This document shows positions 1 through 9,666 of a DNA stretch of 54,948 bases, piece after piece (position 1 is the stretch's first letter; the number at the start of each line of letters is the position of its first letter). This DNA is from Candidatus Actinomarina sp. (GTDB lineage Bacteria > Actinomycetota > Acidimicrobiia > Actinomarinales > Actinomarinaceae), in the NCBI GenBank assembly GCA_041234785.1, contig JBEROH010000002.1, positions 1 through 54,948 of the forward strand, read 5' to 3'. Both the position numbers and the translations under genes were made by a program. The notes beneath the pieces were generated by a model. It did not search any database. It was not told the DNA's origin and was given only the letters and a program-made list of their open reading frames with translations.

Positions 1-40
1 TAATTACTGATCTGTCTGAGGATAATGAGATAACCTCTTC

Positions 41-484
41 ATGAGTCAAAAAAACGTATTGATAAAAGAATCAATACAAACAAAAAAGTCATTTACAGAC
101 AATAAAGAGGCAACGGTAGCTGCTGGAAACATACTATTTGAAAATGGCTATGTTGAGCTAGAGTATATAGACTCAATGCTTGAAAAACTTGAGACTCAAT
201 CATTTGCAACATACATAGGAAATGGCGTCGCAATACCTCATGGTATGGCTGAGGGCTCTAAATATGTTAAGAATACGGGAATTTCAATAATTCAGGTTCC
301 AGATGGTGTTGAGTGGAATGAAGAAAGGGCTTATATTGTGGTTGGAATTGCTGCTAATTCAGATGATCATATGAATGTTTTGGCTTCATTAGCAGATGCA
401 ATAGAAGACCCAGAAGAAGCAAAAAAACTTTGGATTGAGACCTCAGTAGACAAGATATTCGATCTTTTATCTGAAAATCTATGA
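41..484 (+). CDS. mtlF: PTS EIIA component, mannitol/fructose (type 2) class
   Basis: Carries the phosphorylation-site motif GNGVAIPHG typical of type-2 PTS EIIA. Its 147 aa size fits the family. ATGA start/stop overlap with the downstream mtlD. Confidence 0.8.
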   Translation: MSQKNVLIKESIQTKKSFTDNKEATVAAGNILFENGYVELEYIDSMLEKLETQSFATYIGNGVAIPHGMAEGSKYVKNTGISIIQVPDGVEWNEERAYIVVGIAANSDDHMNVLASLADAIEDPEEAKKLWIETSVDKIFDLLSENL

Positions 485-1554
485 AATTAGCCATTCATTT
501 TGGTGCTGGAAATATAGGGAGAGGTTTTATTGCCCCTGTTCTTCAAGACAATAATTATGAAGTTATATTTGTCGATGTAAACAAACAACTGATTGAACAA
601 ATAAATTTACTAAAAGAATATAAAGTTAGCTCTATTAGTTTAAATTCATCTACAGATTTATTAGTAGAAAATATTAGTGGTTTACTTTTAGAAGATAAAG
701 CCCCTCTTTGCGAGAAAATAGCACAAGCTGATTTGATCACTACTTCAGTTGGACCCAAGTTTGTAAAAGATATTTTTGATTTGGTATCCAATGTAAAAAC
801 TGAAAAAACACAATCATTTATTGCTTTTGAAAATATGTACAGGGCATCAACTAGTAATTCAAACGAAAAGAGTCTAAGTAAACTTGTATTAATTGATGCT
901 GTGGTTGATAAAATTGTTCCACCACAAAATACAACTTCATTAGATGTAACGGTTGAAGAATATGGTTCAATAGTGTTAGATGATAACAAAGATATAAAAC
1001 CCTTAAATGAATCAAAAATTGTATCTTACAGAAATTATGAGCACGAGTTTTATAAAAAGTTATGGTTGCTTAATGGCTTGCATTTAAAATTAGCTTATTT
1101 TGGGCTATCAAGAAATTTTAAATATATTCACGAAATTTTGAATAACCAGGAAGGACTAGAGTTTGCAGAGAAATCTATAGATTCACTTTCAAAAGCTTAT
1201 ATATTATTTTCTCACAGTACCGAAGATTTAAATGATTTTATACAAACTATATTAAATAGGTTTTCATTACCTGAAATTCAAGATGAGGTGATAAGAATTG
1301 CTAGAAACCCAGAGATTAAATTTTCAAAAGACGAAAGATTTGAAAGACCATTGAAATATTTAATTTCTGAAAATCATGAAATTAATTCTTTTAAAACAGT
1401 ACTTGAAATAATCTTTGAAAATAATTTTCAAGAAGTCGAAGGTTTTAGTGAATTTAAAATAAATCATCTATCAAAAGGAAAAAGCTTTTTTTATAATAAG
1501 TTTTGGAAAATAGATACTGATATTATGAAATATAAAAATAATTTAGGAGATTGA
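481..1554 (+). CDS. mtlD: mannitol-1-phosphate 5-dehydrogenase
   Basis: The N-terminus MKLAIHFGAGNIGRGFI matches the MtlD Rossmann signature (HFGAGNIGRGF). Length is 357 aa and it sits next to PTS EIIA. Confidence 0.85.
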   Translation: MKLAIHFGAGNIGRGFIAPVLQDNNYEVIFVDVNKQLIEQINLLKEYKVSSISLNSSTDLLVENISGLLLEDKAPLCEKIAQADLITTSVGPKFVKDIFDLVSNVKTEKTQSFIAFENMYRASTSNSNEKSLSKLVLIDAVVDKIVPPQNTTSLDVTVEEYGSIVLDDNKDIKPLNESKIVSYRNYEHEFYKKLWLLNGLHLKLAYFGLSRNFKYIHEILNNQEGLEFAEKSIDSLSKAYILFSHSTEDLNDFIQTILNRFSLPEIQDEVIRIARNPEIKFSKDERFERPLKYLISENHEINSFKTVLEIIFENNFQEVEGFSEFKINHLSKGKSFFYNKFWKIDTDIMKYKNNLGD

Positions 1555-1557
1555 AAT

Positions 1558-1887
1558 ATGGCAGTTGAAAATACTTTTGAAATTTTAATTTATCCTGGTT
1601 TGCATTCTAGGCCGGGCAAAGAATTTGTACATCTTTGCATGGACCATGAAAGTTTAGTAACAATTAAAATGAATGATAATGAATTTGATGGTAAAAGTTT
1701 TCTTTCACTTCTAAAACACAAACCATCACAGTCAGAAATTATCCATTTAATAATTGATGGTAAAGATGAAAATGAATTAATGGAAAAATTAATAACCTTG
1801 GAAACTATGTCACATAAAAGCAGAGAAGACTACGACAATGAAAATGAAGAATTATTGCAAGTTTTTAGATTGGTGGAAAATGAATAG
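1558..1887 (+). CDS. ptsH: HPr-like phosphocarrier protein with acidic C-terminal tail
   Basis: Has a GLHSRPG active-site His motif and DGKS at the Ser46-like position. Its own GGAGA Shine-Dalgarno sits 7-8 nt upstream. At 109 aa it is about 20 aa longer than classical HPr. Confidence 0.7.
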   Translation: MAVENTFEILIYPGLHSRPGKEFVHLCMDHESLVTIKMNDNEFDGKSFLSLLKHKPSQSEIIHLIIDGKDENELMEKLITLETMSHKSREDYDNENEELLQVFRLVENE

Positions 1888-2158
1888 TAAATTGTATGAT
1901 TTATTAATGAAATCTGAGAAAACTAAACAATCAGATGAATGGGATCTTTTATACAACAACCTTCCTGTAGTTATTGCAGAAGACGTAAACTCTCTGCAAG
2001 CTGCTTTAGAAAGGCTAGATGATGTTGGTGGGTATGGTTATGTTGCTACTTGGAAAAAGAATTTATTTGTTTTTAACACTAAGTTGCTATCAAAACGTTG
2101 TGGATTAATCGATGAAAATGGTGGTTTGCTAAAAGCAGCAAGGGTACCTAAAAACTAG
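1880..2158 (+). CDS. hypothetical protein
   Basis: Open frame with no motif I recognise. I prefer the internal ATG at 1880 (8-nt overlap with the HPr stop) over the track start at 1838, which would overlap HPr by 50 nt. Confidence 0.35.
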   Translation: MNSKLYDLLMKSEKTKQSDEWDLLYNNLPVVIAEDVNSLQAALERLDDVGGYGYVATWKKNLFVFNTKLLSKRCGLIDENGGLLKAARVPKN

Positions 2159-2436
2159 GTATTGTTTTTAAAGTTATAAATCTGCAATCTAATGATTTGA
2201 ATTGTGTACATTGCAACTATTGTTATTCCAATTTTTATTATTTCTCTCATCCACCAGAGATTTTGTGGAATATCCATATTATTACCAATAGATCCACCAA
2301 TTAGTCCTCCCACTAAACCTGAAGATATGAGGAGTAAGTAATCACGACTACTAGCTCTTTTAAGAAATAATGAAGCAATTAAACCATATACAAGCCAACC
2401 ACCAAGTAAGGGGACTAATGCGTAAATTACTTCCAT
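2155..2436 (-). CDS. small integral membrane protein (3 predicted TM segments)
   Basis: Hydrophobic segments with Gly-rich helices (LVGGLIGGSIGN). Its stop codon overlaps the convergent gene's stop within CTAG. Confidence 0.4.
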   Translation of the reverse strand: MEVIYALVPLLGGWLVYGLIASLFLKRASSRDYLLLISSGLVGGLIGGSIGNNMDIPQNLWWMREIIKIGITIVAMYTIQIIRLQIYNFKNNT

Positions 2437-2463
2437 GGAATAATCTTAGTTGATTTGCCTAAA

Positions 2464-3714
2464 TTATTTCTTTGCTATTTTTTTTACAATTAAAGATTCT
2501 ATTCTTCTATTGTCCAACTCTGTTACTGTCACTTCTAAACCATCAATAGTTATTTTTTCACCTTCTGCTGGAAGCTGTTCGGAATGACTCAAAAACAATC
2601 CCCCGACCGTAGCGATGTCTTTGTTACTTTCTTCTAAACCAAAAAATTCTTCAAAATCATCAATGTCTGTTTTGCCATCTACCCTCCATTGACCAGGGCC
2701 TATTCTTCTAATCCCTAAGAATCTTTGGTCATGCTCATCAGGTAGGTCGCCGACGAATTCTGAAAGGACATCTTTAATTGTTATGACACCTTCTATTCCA
2801 CCATTTTCATCAATAACACAAGCAAAACTAGACTTGTTTTCTCGTAAAATATTTAATGCAGATAAAACTGTTGTAGATTCTGGTAAGTAGATTGCATCTT
2901 TAACTACGTTTTCAACTTCTAGAGATTCCGCATTAGATTTTAAGTTAAACAAATCTTTAACATATACAATTCCGAATGTATCATCCAGAGATTCAGATTT
3001 AGAAACAGGCATTCTAGAAATTCTTGTTTCATCAACAATTTTTTTAATAATATTTAGATCAACCGGTAGAGATACAAATAAGACATCAACTCTTGGGGTC
3101 ATGATTTCTTTAATTGGTCTATCCGAAAAATCTAATAGAGAATCAATAATTTCCCTCTCGGCAGGAAGTATTTGTCCTTCCATTTCACCTAGAGCTGTTA
3201 AGGCTTGAATGTCAGCTTCTGTTATTTCATTATCTCCGTCCATGTCGCCTTTTCTGTTTGTACTCTTGTCTATAGAGTTAGTAATTAAATTAGTGAACGG
3301 TGCAAACACTCTTGAAAGCCAGTCAATTAAATACGCCGTTCTGGTAATGAATTTGATAGGATTTCTTGCTGCTATGGTTTTAGGCGTTATTTCACCAAAC
3401 ACAAGTACTAACAGAGTTATAAAGATTGTTGCTAATGCACTTCCAAGATTTTCTTGTTTTGTAATTCTTACAAACAATATAGTCGCTAAAGATGCCATTA
3501 AAATGTTGACAAAATTATTTGCTACTAAAATCCCCCCAATAGTTTTCTCAAGTTCATCTTTTGCATGTTTAATTTTTTTATTTTTTTTCGTATCGTCTAA
3601 TTGATGAATCTTTTCTCTTGGAACATAAGTTATTGCAGTTTCAGAGCCAGAAAGCAACGCAGAAAAAAACAAGCAAATTGCTATTAGCAAGTAGAAAATA
3701 TAGTTTGTACTCAA
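2464..3714 (-). CDS. CNNM/HlyC-CorC family transporter (DUF21 + CBS pair + CorC_HlyC)
   Basis: N-terminal multi-TM region, a central tandem CBS-like region and a C-terminal transporter-associated domain. The 416 aa length is typical of TlyC/CorC-type hemolysin-family proteins. Confidence 0.8.
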   Translation of the reverse strand: MSTNYIFYLLIAICLFFSALLSGSETAITYVPREKIHQLDDTKKNKKIKHAKDELEKTIGGILVANNFVNILMASLATILFVRITKQENLGSALATIFITLLVLVFGEITPKTIAARNPIKFITRTAYLIDWLSRVFAPFTNLITNSIDKSTNRKGDMDGDNEITEADIQALTALGEMEGQILPAEREIIDSLLDFSDRPIKEIMTPRVDVLFVSLPVDLNIIKKIVDETRISRMPVSKSESLDDTFGIVYVKDLFNLKSNAESLEVENVVKDAIYLPESTTVLSALNILRENKSSFACVIDENGGIEGVITIKDVLSEFVGDLPDEHDQRFLGIRRIGPGQWRVDGKTDIDDFEEFFGLEESNKDIATVGGLFLSHSEQLPAEGEKITIDGLEVTVTELDNRRIESLIVKKIAKK

Positions 3715-3745
3715 TATGTATTAATGATTGTATATTATTTTTCGT

Positions 3746-4072
3746 TTAAGTAAAAATCTTTTTTAAATTTGTTTTCTCAATAGGTTTTAATAAAAAATTG
3801 TCTGTACCTACTCTTTTAGATTGGAAAATATCAGCTTCCCTGTCAATGAGAAGTGTTATTTTTGAGTTATTAAAAGCTTCATTCCTCTTTAATTCTTTTA
3901 CGATTGATGGGCCACCATTGTTATTAACTTGCATATCAACAAAAATATGATCATATGAAGCATTAATTAATTTTTCAAAATTTTCAAAATGAAATAATTT
4001 ATATTCAAAATCAAGGAGTTTAACTAAAGAGTTTTTAACCCATATATTGTCAGTAATTAAGCAAATATCCAC
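3746..4072 (-). CDS. single-domain response-regulator receiver-like protein
   Basis: CheY-like layout at 108 aa: N-terminal ICLITD, a central IFVDMQV candidate phospho-Asp, and C-terminal LLKP Lys. No output domain and no kinase in the window. Confidence 0.45.
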   Translation of the reverse strand: MDICLITDNIWVKNSLVKLLDFEYKLFHFENFEKLINASYDHIFVDMQVNNNGGPSIVKELKRNEAFNNSKITLLIDREADIFQSKRVGTDNFLLKPIEKTNLKKIFT

Positions 4073-4113
4073 AGTTTTAAAAGACTACTATCCTATAAGT
4101 TTAAGTATATAAA

Positions 4114-5292
4114 ATGATAAAACTATTTTCGATATTATTTTTATCGATTTTAAACATTACTCAATTGAGTATTTTTGAAATTGAAGGAGTGTTCTCAAGC
4201 GGACATGTCAATGCTATAGATCGACATTTTGAAGAAACATTGCGTCAAGACAATCATTTATTTGTATTTCAGTACAACGCTAAAAGTTTTACAGAGGATG
4301 CGTTGATTGATTTAAAAAACATTCTTAAAGCAAATCCGAGTCCTAAAGCAGTTTGGGTTGGTCCAAACAAAACCGAAGTCGACCTATCGTTAATTCAAGA
4401 ATTTGACTTTGTCGGTTTGTCTCCTGGCACGCTAATTTCAAGTACTGATAAAGAATTTAATTTTTTTGATATTTGTAATTCAAACAACTGTTCAGATGGC
4501 CAAATTGAGATTGTCCAAGAGGAAGGGGTTTACAAAGGCTATTTAGTAGTTGGTTCTTTAGGAGCTTTTATAGAAAATTTGGGTAAAGGAAATATTCAAA
4601 GTAATCTATCTAATCTCAAAATATCAAATTTTTCAACAGTTTCTTTTGATTTAAATTCAGAACAGTTAAATGAAATTAAATTTATAAAACCTTCTTTAGC
4701 TGAAAGATTTTATATAGCTATAGCAAATCCGTTGTTTACCTACTTCTTTTTTGCTTTGGGATTTGCTTTAATTGGTTTAGAATTGTTTGCAATTGGACCT
4801 GGAATGATGGCTTTTTTTGGAGCTCTTCTAATCGGCCTCTCATCTATAACCTTTGAAGAGTTTGGACTTAACTATTATGGTTTATTTGTATTTTTTATCT
4901 CCTTTTTGATGTATATTAAAATATTATCTAGGGGATATTTTGGTTTTCTAGGACTAGTATCTCTTGCATTATTACACTTTTCTTCAATAGTTATGTTTAG
5001 TTCCTATAACATTCCAATTAATCAAGTACTAATGTTGTTTGCTTCTTTAGTAATAGCGTTCTTCTACTTTATTGCAATTCCTACAGTAATAAGATCAAGA
5101 TTAACAACAGATACGAGTGCTATGTCATCGTTTGTAGGAAAAAAAGTAAAACTTCTTGAAGTGATTAACGATAAAAAAGGGTTAGTCACAGTAAATCAAA
5201 ATAAAATAGTCGTAAGTTTTACAAATGAAATGGATTATCGAGTGAACTCAATCTATGAACTTAGAGAAATTGATGGAAAGCTAACTATTTAA
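4114..5292 (+). CDS. NfeD-like membrane protein
   Basis: N-terminal extracytoplasmic ClpP-like region, a central block of about 5 TM helices, and a C-terminal soluble tail (VGKKVKLLEV...GLVTVNQNKIVVSF) resembling the NfeD OB-fold domain. Confidence 0.5.
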   Translation: MIKLFSILFLSILNITQLSIFEIEGVFSSGHVNAIDRHFEETLRQDNHLFVFQYNAKSFTEDALIDLKNILKANPSPKAVWVGPNKTEVDLSLIQEFDFVGLSPGTLISSTDKEFNFFDICNSNNCSDGQIEIVQEEGVYKGYLVVGSLGAFIENLGKGNIQSNLSNLKISNFSTVSFDLNSEQLNEIKFIKPSLAERFYIAIANPLFTYFFFALGFALIGLELFAIGPGMMAFFGALLIGLSSITFEEFGLNYYGLFVFFISFLMYIKILSRGYFGFLGLVSLALLHFSSIVMFSSYNIPINQVLMLFASLVIAFFYFIAIPTVIRSRLTTDTSAMSSFVGKKVKLLEVINDKKGLVTVNQNKIVVSFTNEMDYRVNSIYELREIDGKLTI

Positions 5293-5351
5293 GCAAATAC
5301 TTCGCGAAAAAAATCATTTTACACCAGGTTTGGTCAGTTTATTGTTTAACT

Positions 5352-5612
5352 ATGCTACAAATAAAAGTTTCTACATGGCAGTATGATGCTCTTTGCAGAC
5401 AACACAGTAGCAATTTATTCTTTCCACCTGCAACATTCGAAAAAAAAGAAGACAGAGAAAAGCGCGAAGCAAAAGCAAAAGCTGTTTGTAGCGGTTGCCC
5501 CGTTAAATATGAATGCCTTGAAGAAGCAAATGAAATCTCTGAGCCTTTTGGGGTATGGGGTGGTTTAAATGAAATTGAGAGAAAAAGAGAGCATCTTTAT
5601 TTAGCAAATTAG
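5352..5612 (+). CDS. whiB: WhiB-family Fe-S transcriptional regulator
   Basis: Four Cys in the WhiB arrangement (C...CSGCPVKYEC = C-x2-C-x5-C) followed by the GVWGG turn and a basic C-terminus. Length is 86 aa. Confidence 0.9.
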   Translation: MLQIKVSTWQYDALCRQHSSNLFFPPATFEKKEDREKREAKAKAVCSGCPVKYECLEEANEISEPFGVWGGLNEIERKREHLYLAN

Positions 5613-5999
5613 CTAATTGCGTTTAATTTCTTTATCTTGTTTTTTTACAATTTCATGTTTGTAGCTGCTGTGAATTTCTTTTTCTTTTTGTCTAGATTCA
5701 GTTTTCTGAATTGAAATCTCGTTTTCTAAGTTATTAATTTTTTGCTGTAATTCTTCAATTTTATCTTTCATTTCATAAATAATTTTTACTCCTTCAAGAC
5801 TTATTCCTCTCTGAGAAAGATTTTGTATTTGAATTAATTTATCAACATCTTCTTGTGAATACCTTCTAGTTCCACCACCGGTTCTAAAGGGTTTAATTAA
5901 ACCTTTTTCTTCATAAGTTCGAATAGTCTGTTGATGGATACCAGATAGAGTTGATGCAACAGAAATAAAGTAAATTGCTCTTGAATCTTCTTTATTCAT
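5613..5999 (-). CDS. hspR: HspR, MerR-family heat-shock repressor
   Basis: MerR-type HTH (ISVASTLSGIHQQTIRTYEEKGLIKPFRTGGGTRRYS) plus a coiled-coil tail. It is the last gene of dnaK-grpE-dnaJ-hspR, the canonical actinobacterial arrangement. Confidence 0.85.
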   Translation of the reverse strand: MNKEDSRAIYFISVASTLSGIHQQTIRTYEEKGLIKPFRTGGGTRRYSQEDVDKLIQIQNLSQRGISLEGVKIIYEMKDKIEELQQKINNLENEISIQKTESRQKEKEIHSSYKHEIVKKQDKEIKRN

Positions 6000-7077
6000 T
6001 TAAATAACTTCTTGGTGATTCTCCGGACTCAAATTGGTCTCTAAATTTTTCCAGATGTTTCTTTGCAGATCTTGACAGATTTGTTGGGGGAGTAATGAAC
6101 ACTTTGACATATAAATCTCCAGGTTTTCTCCCTTGTGGTGATATTCCTTCATTTTTAATTTTAAAAGTTTTTCCACTCGGTGTCCCAGGAGGAATTTTTA
6201 ATGTTACATTTTTAAATAGTGTTGGAATTTTAATACTCGCACCTAAAGCTGCCTCTGTGAAAAGTAAAGGTACTTCTAGTATTAAATCGCTGTTATTTCT
6301 TCTGAAAAATTTATGTGGTTGTACAGAGACTTGCACTAACAAGTCACCATCTGGAGCTCCGGCATCTCCCGGACCACCACGTCCACGAAGTCTTATTACT
6401 GTACCATTGTCTACACCTGCAGGAACTTTAACCTTTATAGATTCATTTTTTATAGTTTTTCCAGAGTTTCTGCAAGTTTTACAACCTTTGTCAATTACAT
6501 TTCCTTGACCTCTACAAGCTGCACAAGTTTGTGCAAAAGAAAAGAACCCTTGATTTGATGCTGTTTGTCCACTACCACCACAAATATTACACCTATGATA
6601 CGCTGTACCATTTTCTGCACCAGTGCCTTTACAATCGGAACATATAATCTCTTTTCTTAAAGGGATAACTGATTCAACACCTGAAGCAGCATCAACAAAT
6701 GAAATTGTAATAGTTGTTTGATAAGTTTGTCCTTTTCTTCTACTACCGCTTCCTCCAAAGCCAAAGATATCACCTAAATTACCAAAAATATCACCTAAAT
6801 CTTCTACATTAAAACTTTGTCCTCCAAATCCTCCAAAGCCAGATGACCCCATTGCTCTTATTTGATCATATTCTTGTCTTTTTTTATCGTCATTGAGTAC
6901 AGAGTTTGCTTCCGAGATTTCTTTAAATCTTTTTTCTGCTTCAGTATCACCGGGGTTTAAATCAGGGTGGTTTTCCCTAGCTAATTTTTTGTAAGCCTTT
7001 TTAATGTCTTCTGAAGAAGCTTCTTTACTAACTCCTAAAATGGAATAAAAATCTTTTTCAAGCCAATCCCTACTCAC
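5992..7077 (-). CDS. dnaJ: molecular chaperone DnaJ
   Basis: J-domain with HPD, a G/F-rich linker, and four CxxCxGxG repeats (CSDCKGTG, CNICGGSG, CAACRGQG, CKTCRNSG). Confidence 0.95.
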   Translation of the reverse strand: MSRDWLEKDFYSILGVSKEASSEDIKKAYKKLARENHPDLNPGDTEAEKRFKEISEANSVLNDDKKRQEYDQIRAMGSSGFGGFGGQSFNVEDLGDIFGNLGDIFGFGGSGSRRKGQTYQTTITISFVDAASGVESVIPLRKEIICSDCKGTGAENGTAYHRCNICGGSGQTASNQGFFSFAQTCAACRGQGNVIDKGCKTCRNSGKTIKNESIKVKVPAGVDNGTVIRLRGRGGPGDAGAPDGDLLVQVSVQPHKFFRRNNSDLILEVPLLFTEAALGASIKIPTLFKNVTLKIPPGTPSGKTFKIKNEGISPQGRKPGDLYVKVFITPPTNLSRSAKKHLEKFRDQFESGESPRSYLNE

Positions 7078-7576
7078 TTTTTACCTTCACCATTGCTGGT
7101 CTGATTAATTGAGATTGAAATTTATATCCTTTTCTTAAAACAGTGTCAACAGTTTGTAATTCTCCATCTCCAATATTTTCAACTGCTTCATGAATAGATG
7201 GATCAAAACTTTCTCCAACTATTCCAATAGATTTTACTTGTAAATTTTCAAGTGTTTTCTCAAGTAATGTGTATAAAGTTTTCGTTTCTTCAGAGATATT
7301 ATTCTGTACCATCGCCATTTCAAAATTGTCAATTAGTGGAAACAATCCACTAATTAAATATGCGATTGAGGAAGTTGCTAAATTTTCTTTTTCTTTATCT
7401 GTTCTTTTTTTGTAGTTATCAAAATCAGCAGCAAGTCTTAAATAGTCATCTTTAATCTTTTCATACTGTGAAAGTGGAACAGAGGATTCTTCAATTAAAT
7501 CTTCTGTTCTTTCCTCTTCTGTAGAACTATCTTTAGAATTTTCTGAATCTAATGTTGAATTTTCCTCGTTACTCAT
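7070..7576 (-). CDS. grpE: nucleotide exchange factor GrpE
   Basis: Lies between dnaK and dnaJ. Acidic N-terminus, coiled-coil, and a FDPSIHEAV motif typical of GrpE. Confidence 0.85.
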   Translation of the reverse strand: MSNEENSTLDSENSKDSSTEEERTEDLIEESSVPLSQYEKIKDDYLRLAADFDNYKKRTDKEKENLATSSIAYLISGLFPLIDNFEMAMVQNNISEETKTLYTLLEKTLENLQVKSIGIVGESFDPSIHEAVENIGDGELQTVDTVLRKGYKFQSQLIRPAMVKVKSE

Positions 7577-9380
7577 CTTCTACAACTGCACCTTCAACTA
7601 CGTCATCTCCTTCATCTGATGGTGTAGAAGGGTCGTTGTCTTTATTAGATTCAGCATAAATTTTTTCAACAAAAGATTGAGTTGATTTAGTTAAATCTTC
7701 AATTGCAGTTCTCAATTCAGCTATTGCTGCCTCATCTTCTGCTATTAATTTTTTAAGCTTTTCTTTAGCATCTGTAATATTTGTAACTTCTTCTTCAGTT
7801 GCCTTATCTTTATTTTCCTCAAGCATTTTTTCTGTAGAAGTAATCATTCCCTCTGCTAAGTTTCTAGTTTCAACCATCTCTTTTTTTTCAGCATCTTCAT
7901 TTGCGTGTTGTTCCGCATCTTTAATCATGCGATCTATTTCATCTTGTTCTAAAGCAGTACCACCAGTAATCGTTATTGCCTGTTGCTTACCCGTCCCAAG
8001 ATCTTTTGCGTTTACATTGACTATACCGTTAGCGTCTATATCAAAAGTAACCTCAATTTGAGGTGTGCCCTGTCTAGCAGGAGGAATGTCAGTAAGTGTA
8101 AACTTACCTAATGATTTATTACCAGAAGCCATTTCTCTTTCTCCTTGCAAAACATGAATTTCAACTTGCGTTTGGTTGTCTTCAGCAGTGGTAAATGTTT
8201 CTGATCTTTTAGTAGGAATTGTTGTGTTCCTTTCAATCATTTTTGTCATTATTCCACCCTTTGTCTCAACACCTAGAGTTAAAGGTGTTACATCTAGTAA
8301 CAGAACATCTTTTACCTCACCTTTCAAAACTCCTGCTTGAATTGCAGCTCCAGCAGCAACCACTTCATCCGGATTAACACCCTTGTGAGGATCTTTTCCA
8401 GTGAGTGTTTTTACTAAGTTTTGTACGGATGGCATCCTTGTTGATCCACCAACCAAAATTATATGATTTAAATCAGAAAATTTTAATCCTGCATCGGCCA
8501 AAGCCTTTTGCACAGGTTCTTTTGTTCTGTTTACAAGATCAGCTGTTATTTTTTCAAACTCAGCCCTACTTAATTTTTCTAATAAGTGTTGTGGCCCGGA
8601 ATCATTTGCTGTAATAAATGGCAGATTTATTTCGGTTTCACTTGTTGAAGAGAGTTCAATTTTAGCTTTTTCAGCACTTTCTTTAATTCTTTGTATTGCC
8701 ATTTTATCCTTGGCTAAATCGATACCAGTAGATGACTTGAATCTTTCAATAATCCAATCCATAACTCTTTGGTCCCAATCGTCACCACCTAATTTTGAGT
8801 CACCCGAGGTTGACTTTACTTCAAATACACCTTCAGAGATTTCTAATATAGAAACATCAAATGTACCTCCACCTAAATCAAATACAAGTATTTTTTGATC
8901 TTCGTCATTTTCCAGCCCGTAAGCCAAAGAAGCAGCTGTTGGTTCATTTATAATTCTTAATACATTTAACCCAGCAATTTTACCCGCTTCTTTTGTTGCT
9001 TGTCTTTCAGCATCATTGAAGTATGCAGGAACAGTAATAACTGCATCTGTAACTTCAGTTCCCAAGTAAGACTCAGCATCCCTTTTTAATTTTTGTAAAA
9101 TTCTTGCAGAGATTTCTTGAGGAGTGTAGTCCTTACCATCAAAATTTTCTTTCCAATTTGTTCCAATATGTCTTTTAATAGACCTAACAGTGTTATCAGG
9201 ATTTGTAATAGCCTGTCTTTTTGCAAGTTCTCCGACTAAAACTTCACCAGACTTGAAAGCAACAATTGAAGGTGTTGTTCTGTTGCCTTCAGCATTCGCT
9301 ATAACGGAAGGTTCTCCACCTTCTAATACAGCAACAACGCTATTTGTTGTTCCTAAATCAATTCCAACTGCTTTTCCCAT
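7569..9380 (-). CDS. dnaK: molecular chaperone DnaK (Hsp70)
   Basis: Hsp70 signatures [17 protein letters not shown] and VGGSTRMP. Length is 603 aa, with an AAGGA Shine-Dalgarno upstream. Confidence 0.98.
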   Translation of the reverse strand: MGKAVGIDLGTTNSVVAVLEGGEPSVIANAEGNRTTPSIVAFKSGEVLVGELAKRQAITNPDNTVRSIKRHIGTNWKENFDGKDYTPQEISARILQKLKRDAESYLGTEVTDAVITVPAYFNDAERQATKEAGKIAGLNVLRIINEPTAASLAYGLENDEDQKILVFDLGGGTFDVSILEISEGVFEVKSTSGDSKLGGDDWDQRVMDWIIERFKSSTGIDLAKDKMAIQRIKESAEKAKIELSSTSETEINLPFITANDSGPQHLLEKLSRAEFEKITADLVNRTKEPVQKALADAGLKFSDLNHIILVGGSTRMPSVQNLVKTLTGKDPHKGVNPDEVVAAGAAIQAGVLKGEVKDVLLLDVTPLTLGVETKGGIMTKMIERNTTIPTKRSETFTTAEDNQTQVEIHVLQGEREMASGNKSLGKFTLTDIPPARQGTPQIEVTFDIDANGIVNVNAKDLGTGKQQAITITGGTALEQDEIDRMIKDAEQHANEDAEKKEMVETRNLAEGMITSTEKMLEENKDKATEEEVTNITDAKEKLKKLIAEDEAAIAELRTAIEDLTKSTQSFVEKIYAESNKDNDPSTPSDEGDDVVEGAVVEDE

Positions 9381-9403
9381 ATTTTATATTTCCTTTCTAA
9401 AAA

Positions 9404-9607
9404 TTAAAAACTAGACTCTTGTTCTCTTGGTAAATGACCTCGTACTCTTGGATAGGAGACAGGTGCATGAAGAAAACAAAACCTTTTTTTGTTGTAAACA
9501 CTAATTACTGTTTCACAAGATTCAAATGTGCAAATTCGACCTGAGGTGTATTTTTTTGATCTTCTAACACCAGGTTTAACTTGTGAAGCTGTCAAAGTTC
9601 CGCTCAT
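9404..9607 (-). CDS. small basic Cys/His protein (putative zinc-binding), first gene of the dnaK operon
   Basis: 67 aa with C-x4-C-x12-C-x2-H (ICTFESCETVISVYNKKRFCFLH). It lies 23 nt upstream of dnaK on the same strand. I could not assign a family name from memory. Confidence 0.4.
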   Translation of the reverse strand: MSGTLTASQVKPGVRRSKKYTSGRICTFESCETVISVYNKKRFCFLHAPVSYPRVRGHLPREQESSF

Positions 9608-9644
9608 TCTAATCCTTTCATATCTAACTATAATTTAATATATA

Positions 9645-9666
9645 ATCTAAGTATATTTGCTTAGAT
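9645..9666. promoter_or_regulatory. inverted repeat ATCTAAG-N8-CTTAGAT in the dnaK-operon/proC divergent promoter region
   Basis: Perfect 7-bp arms read directly from the sequence, located upstream of the operon that ends in hspR. It is only loosely similar to the HAIR consensus CTTGAGT-N7-ACTCAAG. Confidence 0.25.

Noticed and set aside
555-989. Long antisense ORFs inside well-supported genes: 555-989 in mtlD, 3209-3604 in the CNNM gene, 6095-6508 in dnaJ, 11573-11890, 14826-15122, 27890-28267, 42816-43139, 45582-45914, 48058-48345 and others.
   Set aside because: Each lies fully within a gene with strong family motifs on the opposite strand. Their products are low-complexity with no recognisable motifs. 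These are typical shadow ORFs.
1552-1560. The mtlD stop TGA is in the same frame as the downstream HPr ORF (TGA-AAT-ATG). I considered a Sec/readthrough MtlD-HPr fusion.
   Set aside because: Sharing a frame has a 1-in-3 chance. HPr has its own ATG with a GGAGA Shine-Dalgarno inside the mtlD 3' end. No Cys/Sec-type motif surrounds this TGA.
1838-1879. Track start of the hypothetical ORF at 1838, overlapping HPr by 50 nt.
   Set aside because: The internal ATG at 1880 gives the 8-nt overlap style used elsewhere in this window. The extra 14 residues (MKMKNYCKFLDWWK) look like out-of-frame HPr sequence.
5383-5568. 61-aa same-strand ORF in an alternative frame inside whiB.
   Set aside because: The WhiB frame carries the complete Cys/GVWGG signature. 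The alternative frame is a Lys-rich artefact of the A-rich sequence.
9415-9451. Direct repeats ACTCTTG (9415-9421, 9444-9450), considered as HAIR-like HspR half-sites near dnaK.
   Set aside because: They are direct rather than inverted repeats, lie inside the coding sequence of the small Cys/His ORF, and match only 4 of 7 positions of the HAIR half-site.
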